Shown one piece after another: positions 28,768 to 41,045 of a stretch of 64,000 nucleotides of DNA; positions within the stretch are counted from its first letter, which is position 1; each line of letters starts with the position of its first letter. Location: the NCBI RefSeq assembly GCF_009914755.1, contig NC_060926.1. One strand, 5' to 3'. The DNA is from the human T2T-CHM13v2.0 reference genome, Homo sapiens. The translations under genes and the position numbers were made by a program. The notes under the pieces are model-generated. The model worked only from the letters and a program-made list of their open reading frames with translations. It had not been told where the DNA came from and ran no database searches.

Positions 28768-28984
28768 CTATCTACATTCATGAACAAAAATATACTCATG
28801 GAAAAGGTCTAACTGAAATGTCTCAACAACTCACTCCTTATTCAACAGTAAATGCATTATTCATTTCATATCTGGATTAGATGTTTAATTTTTTTATAAA
28901 TGTTTTCCTATGACCTTTTACTGAGAGATTTAAATATTTAAATGTTTCCCTCTTTCCTTGAAGTTTTGAGTCAATTGTTCTTCA

Positions 28985-29391
28985 GGTTCATTTTCTACAC
29001 TCTTCATGAAGAGCTCTCTGAGCTTGATCACCTGGGCTCCTTACCTTCTGGCCTCCAGATGAGATTGAATAAGGGGAGATGTCATTGTCCTGAGGGAAGG
29101 AGAGGGAGACTGGGGTAACTGATCTCCCACTTTCTCAATACTAGGCCATAGCTGAGGCAAAAGATACTTCCTTCATCCATTAGCATTGCTTCCTTTGGGT
29201 GGCTTCTCTTCCAGAGCTACAGCTCTGCCTGCATTCAGGCTACTCTGTCCTCTTCAGGCATACCAGCTGTTAGTTATTGCTAGTCCCTGGGTCTCGTAAC
29301 CCTGTCCACACTTCTGTAAAAGTGTTTTCATGAAAATTAACTTCATTTAATGACTTGATTTTGTTTTTCTGTTGAAACCTTACATGATACA
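28985..29391 (+). mobile_element. LTR33-family (ERVL) solo LTR
   Basis: ctgggctccttaccttctggcctcc...ttgctagtccctggg...ccctgtccacacttctgtaaaagt...tgataca terminus. Confidence 0.7.
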
Positions 29392-29696
29392 GGAATGAAA
29401 CACAGAGCAATAACTAGAGCTTAAATAACAAATTCTATGCCAGGCCATAAACAAATAGGAGAGAATTTAGTCAAAGAAATTATGTCAGATCAATAGTCAG
29501 GTTATATTTACTAGAGCCAAAGCCCTTGGAGGTATTTATGCAATAGTAAACACATAAACGGAATCATGAAAATTTATACAAACTAAATCTAATAGAAGTA
29601 CACAGGATTGGATACAATAGAATTTGGAAAAGAATGAAAGAAAATTATGTAAAATGATTGAATTGAGGTAAAAAATTCTTAATAAATAGTTCTCTG

Positions 29697-29835
29697 TAGA
29701 AATGACAGATATAGCAAACAAAAATACAGGATGCTCAGTCAAATTTGCATTTCAGATAAACGGTGGATAATATTTTAGTATGTTTATCTGAAATGCAAAT
29801 TTAACTTGGCTCTCTATATTTTATCTGGCAACCCC
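29697..29835. mobile_element. MER53 palindromic MITE, centrally deleted
   Basis: cagatatagcaaacaaaaatacagg...aaatttgcatttcagataaac...gtttatctgaaatgcaaattt...ttatctggcaaccc. Confidence 0.85.
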
Positions 29836-30563
29836 ATTCTTGTGCATAATTTATTAACACAGTCTATCATTTTTCAAAATCTCTTATGATTTGCCTACTG
29901 AACAATCAACAAGGTGCAAATGACCCAGTGACAGATGAGGTCAAATGGATCAAGAACTAGTGTATAGGAGACTAGTGTGTAAAAGGGAGCAATTCACTCA
30001 AACAACGTGTTACAATGGCAGTGACCTGTTCACTGATGGAGAGAAAGGGAGAGAAAAGAGAGTAATTGTGCATATAGGATCACTAATATGAATTCTGGGG
30101 ATAAGTGTGGTCAGTGTCGTTTCAGAACAAATTTTAACAGGAAAATGTATGAAAGTTCAATACATGACATGGAATTTAGATCAGAAAAATGAGACAATGA
30201 AAGTTATGGTCTGGGAACATAGATAAGTGTGAAATTAAAAATCTGCATTAGTCAAGACTGTGGGCACAAACAGAAGTAGTGATAAACATAAAAAGTCGTC
30301 CAAAAAGTAAAATACAAATAATAGTTGCCTGGAAGTAGGGACAACTGACTTGTACTTCTAATATGGCCTTGAGTAAACCTCAGGCTCTATTACTTTAACT
30401 ACAAAATGAATAGGTAGTTAGGTAGACTTTATTTTAAATTGCAGCCTTAAAAACCTGTGATCCATAATCTAGAATTCCAAATGGAATTGAACCCAAGAGA
30501 ACAATGGGCGAAGTTTTTCAGACAGTAAAGCCATGCGATTGTATTAGAATCAAGTATAACAGG

Positions 30564-30989
30564 TGACCTTGTTTGGATGTCTGACCCCTTCAAATCTCAT
30601 GCTGAAATTTGATCTCGTAGTGTTGAAGATAGGGGCCTAGTGGGAAGTGTTTGCGTCATGGGGGCAGGTCCTTCATTAATGTCTTCGTGCTCTCTGCAAG
30701 GTAATAAGTGAGTTTTCACTCAGCTCGTTACTATGAGATCTGATTGTTAAAAAAGACTCTGGGACCATCCTCCTCTGTCTCTTGTTTCCTCTTCAGCCAT
30801 ATGACACCCTTGCTCCCCTCTTCACCTTCCTCCATGAGTAAAAGTTTCCAAAGGTCTCAACAAAAGCTGAGCAGATACTGGTGCCATGCTTGTACAGCGT
30901 ATAAAACCATGAGCCAAATAAACCTCTTTTCTTTATAAATTACTCAGACCCAGGCATTCCTTTATACCAACACAAAATGGATTTATATA
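30564..30989 (+). mobile_element. MSTB-family MaLR solo LTR
   Basis: gtttggatgtctgaccccttcaaatctcatgctgaaatttgatc...tgagccaaataaacctcttttctttataaattac. TSD ACAGG/ACATG. Confidence 0.9.
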
Positions 30990-31614
30990 ACATGGCAGGC
31001 TTGAACAATACTAAGTTAGATAAAAATTAGATGCTGATCCTGGGACACGGTTCTCAGCTGTCTGCTCTTTGCTTCTGTTCTAAGTGCTCTCCCCAGTTTG
31101 GGCAGATCACCAGTGGAAGGTTTTCCTCTCTTTGAACAAGATAGGCTTCTGACACTGCCCAAAACTTGTAATTGTGGCACAAATAGACAGATAAACCAGA
31201 TGAAGATATTCTATAATTTTAACTATGTGGAAGAGAAAGACAAAACACTAACTTATAATATAATTGTTAAAACAGTAAAAAACTTTATGATTAAAAACCT
31301 TGAAGACTAAAGGCATCGCCCAATTAGAAGAAAAAGACAAGCAGAATGTTTCTGATCTCCCTTCACCCTCCTTTCTCATATGGCATTAGGTTTTGACTCA
31401 TATGCCGTCTTGCTGTGTCCTTTCTCATACGCCATCATGTTTTGACTCAGACTTAAGAAGAAGGAAGGGAACCTGAGTTATACCAAAAACCAGCTGGGAA
31501 ATGTGGCTTAAAGAAGATTTGAGCAAATGTTCCAGTGGATTGTGAGAAGAGTTTCAACAAGGCGAATGTGAAATTAAACCATAATAAAAATGCACTCCAC
31601 TTTCTTCAAATAAA

Positions 31615-32952
31615 TAAGTAAAGGAATTGCTTATTCCATAAAAAGGGAGGAGCAAGGCAAGTTGCAGATTGTGGCAATGACAAAAAGATGGAAATATAAC
31701 AGCAAGTTAAATGAGGTTTCCCATGAGAGACCAAGTAAAAAATAGCTACTATATTCCAAAGTGACATATCACACTGTAAGGCAAAATTTTTTAAAAAATC
31801 ACCCCCAAACTGCTAAATCTTCCAACACCACCAATATTTCAAAAGGATCAGGAGTCAGAGATTGAGTGGAAGGAGTTTTAAAATAAATTCATTGGCAAGA
31901 GCTTTCCCGTGAATCTCACCTTCCTCAAGAGTGAGGAGTTGGAGATTCCTCATTCTCACCATTATCCCAAGAAAGAGAATTCTAAGAAAGCCTTCTGAGA
32001 CCTTAAAGTGCATCCTGTGATGTTTGGGGAATCCAGAGATCTGGTATTTGATTTACACAAAAGTCTGAAGGACAAGAGATTGAACAAAGAAATCAATGGT
32101 CACAGAGAGGACTACATTTTTTAAAGTAATAAGACTCTAGGAAATAATACATTGAAAGGATATATGGATGATTTCCATAGACTAGAATTCAGTCACACAC
32201 CACAGAGAGAAATTATGGGCTTATCTTTGATTTCATTAAAGGAGGGTCATTTAAATGTGTTAATAGATTTCAGCAGGAAAATATAAGACTTATTTCTAGA
32301 TGCCCACAGATTGCAGAAAGAGAAGGAAATTTCAAATCACAAGAGACAGTATCACCCTCATCAAGGAAACCACAGGCAAGAGATCCCAGAAATATGGGTG
32401 GAAGTCTCAGAAGAAGACTTAGCCCACAAAATATGACTCAACTTTAAATATTTGATATGTCCAGAGAAAGGATAAACTAGCTTATAACAGTATCAGAAAA
32501 GTAGACACCTTCATCTGGACTTTTCCTTCTTTATATCTCTGCTCTCCAAATAGGGAAGGGTCAGATGTTAGATACAGAAAGATATAGAGGAGTCTATGGG
32601 GAACAAGAGGATAAGCCTACCAAACTCCACCCCTACCTATCGACTTCCCAAGTACTGCAGAACTACACAGAGGAGGGGACTGAGATACCTTCAGTGTTAA
32701 ATCAAATTTATAGTTTTGAAGTAACAAACCTCCCATTTTAATTGTTGAATTGAGAATGTTTTGCAACTTTAAATAGGATTTGTTTTTTAAGCTTAGAGTA
32801 GCTGTAAAAGTCATGGAGCCCACCCAAGTTTTCAACACGTATGAGAGAAGAACTGGCTGTTCAGAGTACATTTCAAAGAACAATAGAAAACAAAAATAGA
32901 GTTGTCTTATAATTACATCTCATAAGTCCTCTTAATCAAACTCCAAGTTATT
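31615..32952 (+). mobile_element. Ancient LTR, LTR78-like
   Basis: The start (ggaattgcttattcc...aaagggaggagcaaggc) and end (aaagtcatggagcccacccaagttttc...caaaaatagagttg...ccaagtta) resemble LTR78 as I recall it. Highly diverged. Confidence 0.5.
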
Positions 32953-33049
32953 TTACTTCTAGAGAAAAATTACTTCTGAATAAGAAATGAAATTTGTATT
33001 TTTATATTATGCTTTCATCATTCAGGATCTTAGTACCTTTTGAGATGGC

Positions 33050-33298
33050 ATACTCAAAAATTAATTGAAAAAGTGTAATGAATAAATTACTTACAAAATT
33101 GTGAGCAGGGTTAGGTAAAATGAAGAGGACTGGTTAAGTATCCTGCAGCTAGCAACAGCAGAAAATTAAAACTACCCCGAATTAAAAGGCACAATAGAAG
33201 GAAGGAGCTACTGGAAAGAGGACATATCATTGTTGTGAGGAGACACCCCAGGAGCTGTAGTCCCTACTGAAAGAGATGCAGCCAATTCACTACAAAAC
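33050..33298 (-). mobile_element. LTR33-family fragment, antisense
   Basis: ttacaaaattgtgagcagggtt...gctagcaacagcag...caggagctgtagtcc mirrors the reverse complement of the 28985-29391 element. Confidence 0.6.
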
Positions 33299-33299
33299 A

Positions 33300-35880
33300 G
33301 TAGTTAATGGTAAAACATTGAACCACTTCCCTCTAATGGTGGGAAAAAGTCAAGAATGTCTGTTCCCATCTGAGCTGTTTAACATGATTAAGTTTGTATT
33401 AGCCAGTACAATTAGGCAAGAAAAATTTATTAAAGCATAAAGATGAAAAAGAAAATTCTTTATTTATAGATAATGTGTTTTTTTCTATTTACACAATGCT
33501 AAGAAATTTACAAAGCAACCACTCTGCTTCTTAAGTAAATTTAGCAAGTTTGCAGAATGAAGTCAGTGTACAAAATCAATTGAACTTCTATAGGATAGTT
33601 GCAAATAATTTGAAAATCAGTTAAAAATCTATTTATGTTAGCATCAAAAATCATGAACTACTTAGGAATGAAATCAATAAAAGTATTTAAATACCACTTC
33701 ACTAAAAACCACAGGATTTTGCTGAGATCAGCTGAAGAAGACCTAAATAAATTGATAGATATACAATATTCATGAGACTCAATTTCACTAAGATGTCAGT
33801 TCTTCCAAATTGTTCCATACCTTCAACTTAATCCTAATTATAATTCCAGTAATCTTTTTCAAAATACAATTTTACAAGTTGATTTAAACATCTATTTAAA
33901 ATGCCAAAAGGCAAATTAACCAAAACAATCTTGAAGACTATCAGGCTATATACTAACTGCCTTTAAGACACTATGAAACTGCAGTGATCAAGAGAGCATG
34001 ACATTGGGATAAAATCAGACAAGAAGTTAGATAGAACAAAACAGAGTTCAAGAATATACCCACACATTTATGGTCAATTAATTTAAAACTTGTAAAACAT
34101 TTTGTACAGTTTTAGATTTACAGAATTTTTTCAAAGATATTACCGAGAGAAATAGAAATCATATACCTTACACCCAGTTTATTATTAACACCTTTCATGG
34201 GGATGGTACATTTGTCAGAATTAACTAATATTGGTGCATTTTATTAACTTAAACCATAATTATTCAGGTTTTCTTCATATTTCCCTAATGTTCATGTTCT
34301 CTTCGAAGATTCCATATAGGATAATACATTATGTTTAGGAACACAGATAAACATTACATCAAACTTTTCTTAAAAAGCCATGAAAACAAGAAGACAGCAG
34401 AGTGAAACTTAAAGTATTGAAAGAAAAGAATCACCAACATAGAAATGTCTATCCAGTGAATTATTGTTCAAAAAAAGGAGCAAAAAGAAGACTCTCAGAT
34501 AAGGAAAAATGGAGGAAATTTGTTCCCAGCAGACCTGCCTTGCAAAACATATTCAAAGAAATTCTTTCATGTGATCATGTCCTTTGCAGGGACATAATGA
34601 TGCTGGTGGTAATTATCCTTAGCAAACTAACACAGGAACAGAAAACCAAATACCACATATCTTCACTTATAAGTAGGAGCTAAATGATGAGAACACATGG
34701 ACATATAGAGGGGAACAACACATACTAGGACCTTTGGGAGGGTGGAGGTTGAGGGTAGAGAGATGATTAGGAAAAACCACTAATGGGTAGTAGACTTAAT
34801 ACATGGGTGATGAAATAATCTGTACAACAACCCCCCATGACACAAGTTTACCTATGTAACATACCTGCATTTGTACCCCTGAACTTAAAATAAAAGTTAA
34901 AAATAAGTTATTTTAAGAGAAGACAAAGAGATAGTTCAGAAACTTAGTAACTTGGATGTACATAAAGAAAGAAAGAGCATTTGAGATGTAGTGCAGTAAA
35001 ATAAAATATTTCCTTTTTCTTAATTGATCCAGTAGATAACAGTGTAGTCAAAGTAATAATTGCAACAATGTATCAGGTGATAATAGCTTACAGGTAAGTG
35101 AAATGAAAGACAGCAATATTGTAAGGGACAGGGGCAAACAAATGTGAATATTCTGTTATAAAATAAAGTAGGGGCATTATCTATGAAGCACTATAACGTT
35201 ATTTGAAAACGGACTTGGATTAGTTGAAAGTGTATATCAAAAACACTAGAATAACCATTTTTTAAAATTTAAAAATATATATAATTGTTATTCTAAGAGA
35301 AGAGATCAAAAAAAGAAAGAGGAAAAGAAAATTTTTCAAAAACAAAATTTAAAAAATAAACAAGAGAAACAAATAGAAAACAGTTGCAAATTGTATGCTC
35401 CCTCAAAAATTTGTATATGAATGTTCACAGTAGTTTTACTGATAATAGTTAAAAACTGGAAACAACCAAGGAGGCCTCAGCAAGAGAATGGAAACCAAAT
35501 CATAGTATATTCATAAAATAGAATGCTGCTTAGCAGTCAAAAAGTACAACCTGCTAATACACTAACACATACAACAACATGGATGAATTTCAAAATACTT
35601 TTTGGATGGCAAAAAGATAGACACAAAAAGTTCATACTTTAGGGTTTCATTTATACACAATTTTAAAACTAATAAAACTAATCTACAGTGTGAGAAAGCT
35701 AAAATCCTTGGCTTTTGGGGGGATTGTCTAGAAAGTAACATAATATTACTTCTATAAGAATGATGTAGAATGATACTATATCTTGATGGGACTGTATTAC
35801 ATGGAATTATGCAGATATTAAAACTTATGGAATAGTATGCTTAAGGTTTATGCAACTTACATAAATTTACCTCAAGAGAG
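33300..35880 (+). mobile_element. Nested composite of old L1 pieces: L1M ORF2 (33300-34085), antisense L1MC/MD 3' end (34090-34338), L1M ORF1/inter-ORF (34339-34568 and 34905-35390), L1ME 3' end (35390-35880)
   Basis: Recognisable L1 segments with abrupt junctions. The antisense piece contains gttttagatttacaga...cacccagttt...ggtacatttgtca. Confidence 0.7.
34572..34903 (+). mobile_element. L1PA (about PA12-13) 5'-truncated 3' end
   Basis: gatcatgtcctttgcaggga...aaactaacacaggaacagaaaaccaaatacc...gtgatgaaataatctgtacaac...gaacttaaaataaaagttaaaaa. Confidence 0.9.
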
Positions 35881-35928
35881 AAAATAGAACTTGAAAGAAA
35901 TATTGCCTCTAGTTTGGTGGTTTCAACC

Positions 35929-35970
35929 AAAAAAAAAAAAAAAAAAAAAAAAGAAGCAGCAGCAGCAGCA
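35929..35970. repeat. A24 run followed by a short (GCA)n
   Basis: Read directly: A run at 35929-35952, then gaagcagcagcagcagca. Confidence 0.95.
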
Positions 35971-36385
35971 TTTTATTGGCTCATGGGATTGAAAATACCT
36001 TCCATAGATTTTATTTTAGGAAAGGTTTTATATAGCAGTAAATACAATGCTATGAAAAATCTGGTTTCTCTCTTTCTACAGAATTCTCTACGTTCGCTTC
36101 ATTTTCAGGTTCCTTGGGGTGTTCCACAGGCAATGGCAAGTTCTTTTTTTAAATCAAAATAAATGCCTTAGCTTGAGATTTTATATTTTTATTCCATTCT
36201 ATCCAGAAGGAAAGGGAGCCCCTTTCAAAAGTAATCTTAGAAAACAGAAGCTTCTGTTTCATAAAAGTCCTAGGAAATACCATTTCACATCTCATCAGCT
36301 CTGATCTGTTATGCCTATCTTTAGATGTGAGAGTAAGGTCAATAATATTAAATAGAGAAAAATAAGTAAGAATAGAAAAAGTCTT

Positions 36386-36672
36386 GGCAGTGTTCAGTGG
36401 TGGCTTGCATCTGTAATCTCAGCACTTTGGGAGGTCAAGGTAGGAGGATTTGAGGCCAGGAGTTCAAGACCAGCCTGGGCAATATAGCAAGACCCCTGTT
36501 TCAACAACAACAACAACAAAATAGTTGGCTGTGGTGGTGTGTGCCTATAGGCCCAGCTACCAAGGAAGCTGAGGTGTAAGGATCCCTTGAGCCCAGGAGT
36601 TCAAGGTTACAGTGAGTTATGGTTGTGACACTTCACTCCAGCCTGGGTGGCAAGACCCTGTTTCTAAAAAAA
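36386..36672 (+). mobile_element. AluJ (AluJo-like)
   Basis: Dimer with J-type features (gaggccaggagttcaagacc, cttgagcccaggagttcaagg). Middle linker mutated to (CAA)n. Confidence 0.93.
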
Positions 36673-38058
36673 TCGGTTCTCAAAGAAATTCTAGGCCCTA
36701 ATATCAGAAGGATGAGAAGCAGGGGCTGACAGAAGAAATGTTACTGTTGAAAACAATTTATTGCTTTTCATGGTAACTCAGAGCATTGGTTTTAAATTCC
36801 AACAAGTCTAGCATTTTAATTAACATTTGAGTGTAACTAGGATGTAATTTAAAATTCAGGTAACATTGTGACCCAATTAGGTAGTAAATAGTGGACTTTT
36901 GTTAAAGACTTACAAAGTAGGTGGGTAGCAAACAAGGAACTATTAAATTATCTTAATTGCTGTCTATGCTGGTAATGAATTAATAATATGATGATTATCA
37001 GGTCAGGTCAGGTATACTTTCCATTTTTTGAAGGAGGTACAATATAATCCTTTAATTAATTAGAGAGATTAAATCAGGTCAAAGTTAAAATGAATTTCTG
37101 AAAGTAATAATCTGTGTTATGTTTTAGATGATTTGACTATGAGAGTTATGAAACCAAGGCAGAGTCCTGCCATTTTAACATCATCATTTTGTGTCCTACA
37201 CATTCAGATTACATCTACATAAATCAAATTGTACTATGATCAAATCAATACAAGTCCAATAAAATTCATTCATTTTGGTTTCTGCCATAACGTTCATCAT
37301 CATAAATAATATATCCTTAACTACTTTTCCTAGGGAACTTAGAATACTGAAATAATTATTTTTGGTTATTATGATGTAAGAGGAGACCCTAGAAATGGCA
37401 AATGCCAGTCAGGATTTTCTATGACAGAATTTGAATGTCATTGTATTCCATATCATAGCGAAAGATCATATAAATTCTAAATCAGATGATGAGGCAAAAA
37501 CTGGGCTGAAAAAGTGGAAGTAGAAGGAAGTGGTTAGCATGGTTTATTGGCCAGCAGTATAGAGGTATATTTACATGAACCACAAACTAAGCTATCTTAA
37601 GAAAAAAAGACATTAAAATTTCTTTAATAAAGGGAAGAGAAACCACAAGATCATAATCAACTGTTTTATAATATGACACTAATTTCCTGGTTTATTTTCA
37701 AGTCAAGCAATTAGTTTTTTAAAAAACACTAAATAGTCTCAAAATGAGTATAAATTATTTGTAATTTCCTGTCATCAGCTATTCTAATAAAAACTGAATA
37801 TAACTTAGGATTCTGTAGAAAACACTGATGTCACTCAACTGTTAAACAACATTTGGCCCTCTGTAGTGTTTCCGAGTTCCTCAGCGGAAAAAAAATACAC
37901 AAACGGCAGCATAAATCACCTTTGCGCCTTCTTTCAAATTCCCCTGACTCTACATGTATATTCCTTGACAGGATTCTGCCTATTCTACCATCTGCAAACT
38001 TGAATTTGATGGAAAAAAAAAAAAGGGAAAAGTCTATATATACTCTAGTGAGACATAT

Positions 38059-38485
38059 GTAGGTTGCACCCCCAGCCTCCATTTCTGCTTCCCTCTTAGT
38101 AAGGGCCACCCACATTTCCAACTCTACAGATCACCAATCAGAGATGTAAATGTTAGGTAAGTCTTGCCAATCAGAGCCAATGGAACTTAACTCTGTGTGC
38201 AGGGGCATTTGTGATTTTGCGTGGGCGCGCGTGTGTGTGTGCGCGCGCGCTAAGTTATAAGGATTGTGAACTTCTTCCCTGTAGGATGGAAAAGCGCTAC
38301 ATATTTCTGTCAGACAACATGGAACTCAAAGAGAAAATTCTGAGGATGGTAACAAGCCTCAGAAATGAAGAAAATGATACTAGGTCTTTGATATATCAGT
38401 TGTGCTGTTGGGGTACCATTAAATACCTTCTTCCTTTTTTCTGCTTACACAGTTTGGGTCAGATTTCCTATTTCTTGCAACTACA
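38059..38485 (+). mobile_element. Old MLT1-type MaLR LTR remnant
   Basis: The end agtttgggtcagatttcctatttcttgcaact resembles the MLT1 ...ttgagttgggtttctgtcacttgcaac terminus. Confidence 0.5.
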
Positions 38486-38599
38486 TGAATTTAGATACAT
38501 TTGCATTCACAAACAATTGCATTCACAAAAAATACATTTAGATACATATGCATTCACAAAAAAAAAAAAAAACACATTTTTTCCCTAGAGGAATGCTTT

Positions 38600-38604
<5 letters not shown>

Positions 38605-38654
<50 letters not shown>
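38605..38654 (+). repeat. Uninterrupted A50 homopolymer
   Basis: Read directly from the sequence. Confidence 0.95.
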
Positions 38655-38656
<2 letters not shown>

Positions 38657-40995
38657 CAACTTTTATTTTAGATTCAGGGGGTACATGTGCAGGTTGGTTA
38701 GATGAGTATTATGCAATGCTGAGGTATGGGGAACAATTCATCCTGTCACCCAGGTAGTGAGCACAGTACCTGATAGGAAGTTTTTCAGCCCTTGTGCTTC
38801 TCCTTCTCGTAGTCACCAGTGTCTGTTGTTCCCATTTTTATTACCATGTAGACCCAATGTTTACTTCCCACTTGTAAGTGAGAACATGCAGTATTTGGTT
38901 TACCATTTCTACATTAATTGGCTTAGGAGAATGGCCTTCAGCTCCATTCATTTTGCTTCAAAGGACATGATTTTGTTCCTTTTTATGGCTGTGTGGTATT
39001 CCATGGTATATATGTACCACATTTGCTTTATCCACCCCACCATTGATGAGCACCTATGTTGATTTCATGTCTTTGCTATTGGGAATAGTGCTGCAATCAA
39101 CATACAAGTACATGTATTTTGTTTTTTTTTTTGGTAGAATTATTTATTTTCTTTGCTATATATACCTAGTTGTAGGATTGCTGGGTTAAAGGGTAGTTTT
39201 ATTTTTAGTTCTTTGAGAAATCTCCAAACTGCTTTCCACAGGGAATGAACAAATTTACATTCCTACCAACAGTGTGTAAGTCTTCCCTTTTCTCTGCTGC
39301 CCCACCAAACAAACGTCTGTTATTTTTTGACTTTTTAATGATAACTATTCTGACTGGAGTGACACAGTATCTAATTATGGCTTTGATTAGCATTTCTCTG
39401 ATGATTTGTGATGTTGAGCATTATTTTCATAAGTTTGTTGGTTGCTTCCATGTCTTCTTTTGAGAAGTGTCTGTTAGCTGTATTACGTGTTAGATGTAGT
39501 CCCAGGTGTTTTTGTTTGTTTGTTTTGTTTTGCTTTTTGTTTTGGTGGCTATTGTAAATGGAATTCCATTCTTCATTTGGCTTTCGGCTTGATTGTTATT
39601 GGTGTGTAGAAATGCTACTGATACTGTATGTCAATTTTGTATCCTGAAACTTTACTAAAGTTGTTTATGTTACAGGAGCCTTTTGTCAGTGTCTTTTGGT
39701 ATTCAAGGTACAGAATCATTTAGTCAGTGAAGAGAGAGAGTTTGACTTCTTCTTTTTCAATTTGGATACCTTTAATTTCTTTCTGTTGCCTGATTGCTCT
39801 GGTTAGGACTTCCAGGACTATATTGAATAGGAGTGGTGAGAGTAGGCATCTTTGTCTTGTTCCAGTTTTTAAGGAGAATCCTCTCAACTTTTGCCTGCTG
39901 AGTGTGATATTGGCTGTGGGTTTGTCATAGATGATTCTTATTATTTTGAGGTATTTTCCTTTAATGCTTAGTTTGTTGAGAGTTTTATGACAAAGGGATG
40001 TTGCATTACACCGAAAGCTTTTTCTGCATCTAGTGACATTATAATGTTTTTTGTTTGTCTGCTTTTAATTCTATCTATGTGGTAGAACACCTTTTTTATT
40101 TACATATGTTGAATCAATATTGCATCTTGGAAATAAAGCCTACTCGACCATGGTGAATTAAATCTTTGATGTGCTGTTGGATTTCGTTTACTAGTATTTT
40201 ATTGAGGATTTTTGTGTCTATGATCCTCAGTGCTATTGGTTTATATTTTTCTGTTTTTTAATTGAGTGTCAGATTTTGTCTCAGGATGATGCTGGCTTCA
40301 TAGAAAGAGAGAAGAGACAGTCATCAATTTTTTTGGAATAGCTTCAGTAGAACTGGTACCAGCTCTTCTTTGTACATATTGTAGAATTTGTTTATGAATC
40401 CATCTAATCCAGGGCTTTTTTTTATTGGGAGATTTTTTAAATTACTGATTCAATTTTGGAAGTCATTATTGGTCTGTTCAGAGATTTAATTTGTCCTGAT
40501 TCAATCTTGGGAAGTTGTGTGTTTCCAGGATTCTATCAATTTCTTCTAGATTTTCTAGTTTGTATGCATAGTGGTATTAATCGGAGTCTCTGAGGATCTT
40601 TTGTATTTCTGTGGGATCAGTTGTAATGTCACCTTTGTCATTTCTGATTGTGCTTATTTGGATCTTCTCTCTCTTTCTGTTTGTTACTGTAGTAGTCTAT
40701 CAATCTTATTTATTCTTTTAAATGAACGACGTTTGGTTTTGTTGATCCTTTGTATGAATTTCTGGGTCTCAATTTCATTTAGTTCTGCTCTGATTTTAGT
40801 TATTTCTTTTTTTCTGCCAGCTTTGGGGTTAGTTTGTTCTTCTTTTTCTAGTTCCTCTCAATGCAATGCTGGATTATTAATTTTATATCTTTTTAACTTC
40901 TTGATGTAGGCCTTTAGTGCTACAAACTTTCCTCTTAACACTGCTTTTGCTGCATCTCAGGGATTTTGATATGTTTTGTCTCTGTTATGCATTTC

Positions 40996-41000
<5 letters not shown>

Positions 41001-41044
<44 letters not shown>
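41001..41044. repeat. Compound (TG)14(TA)8 microsatellite inside L1
   Basis: Read directly from the sequence. Confidence 0.95.

Positions 41045-41045
<1 letters not shown>

Larger units (their letters stand above)
35900..36740 (-). mobile_element. Old MLT1 (J/K-like) LTR, antisense, interrupted by an Alu
   Basis: ttttattggctcatg near the start and ttctcaaagaaattc...cagaagga...gctgacagaa after the Alu resemble old MLT1 ends. Confidence 0.45.

Noticed and set aside
29697-29835. miR-1302 family member
   Set aside because: The central MER53 segment carrying the mature sequence (GGGACATACTTAT-like) is absent.
38211-38757. 125-aa and poly-Lys ORFs
   Set aside because: They run through an LTR remnant, a dinucleotide tract and A homopolymers, and the 125-aa ORF has a non-ATG start.
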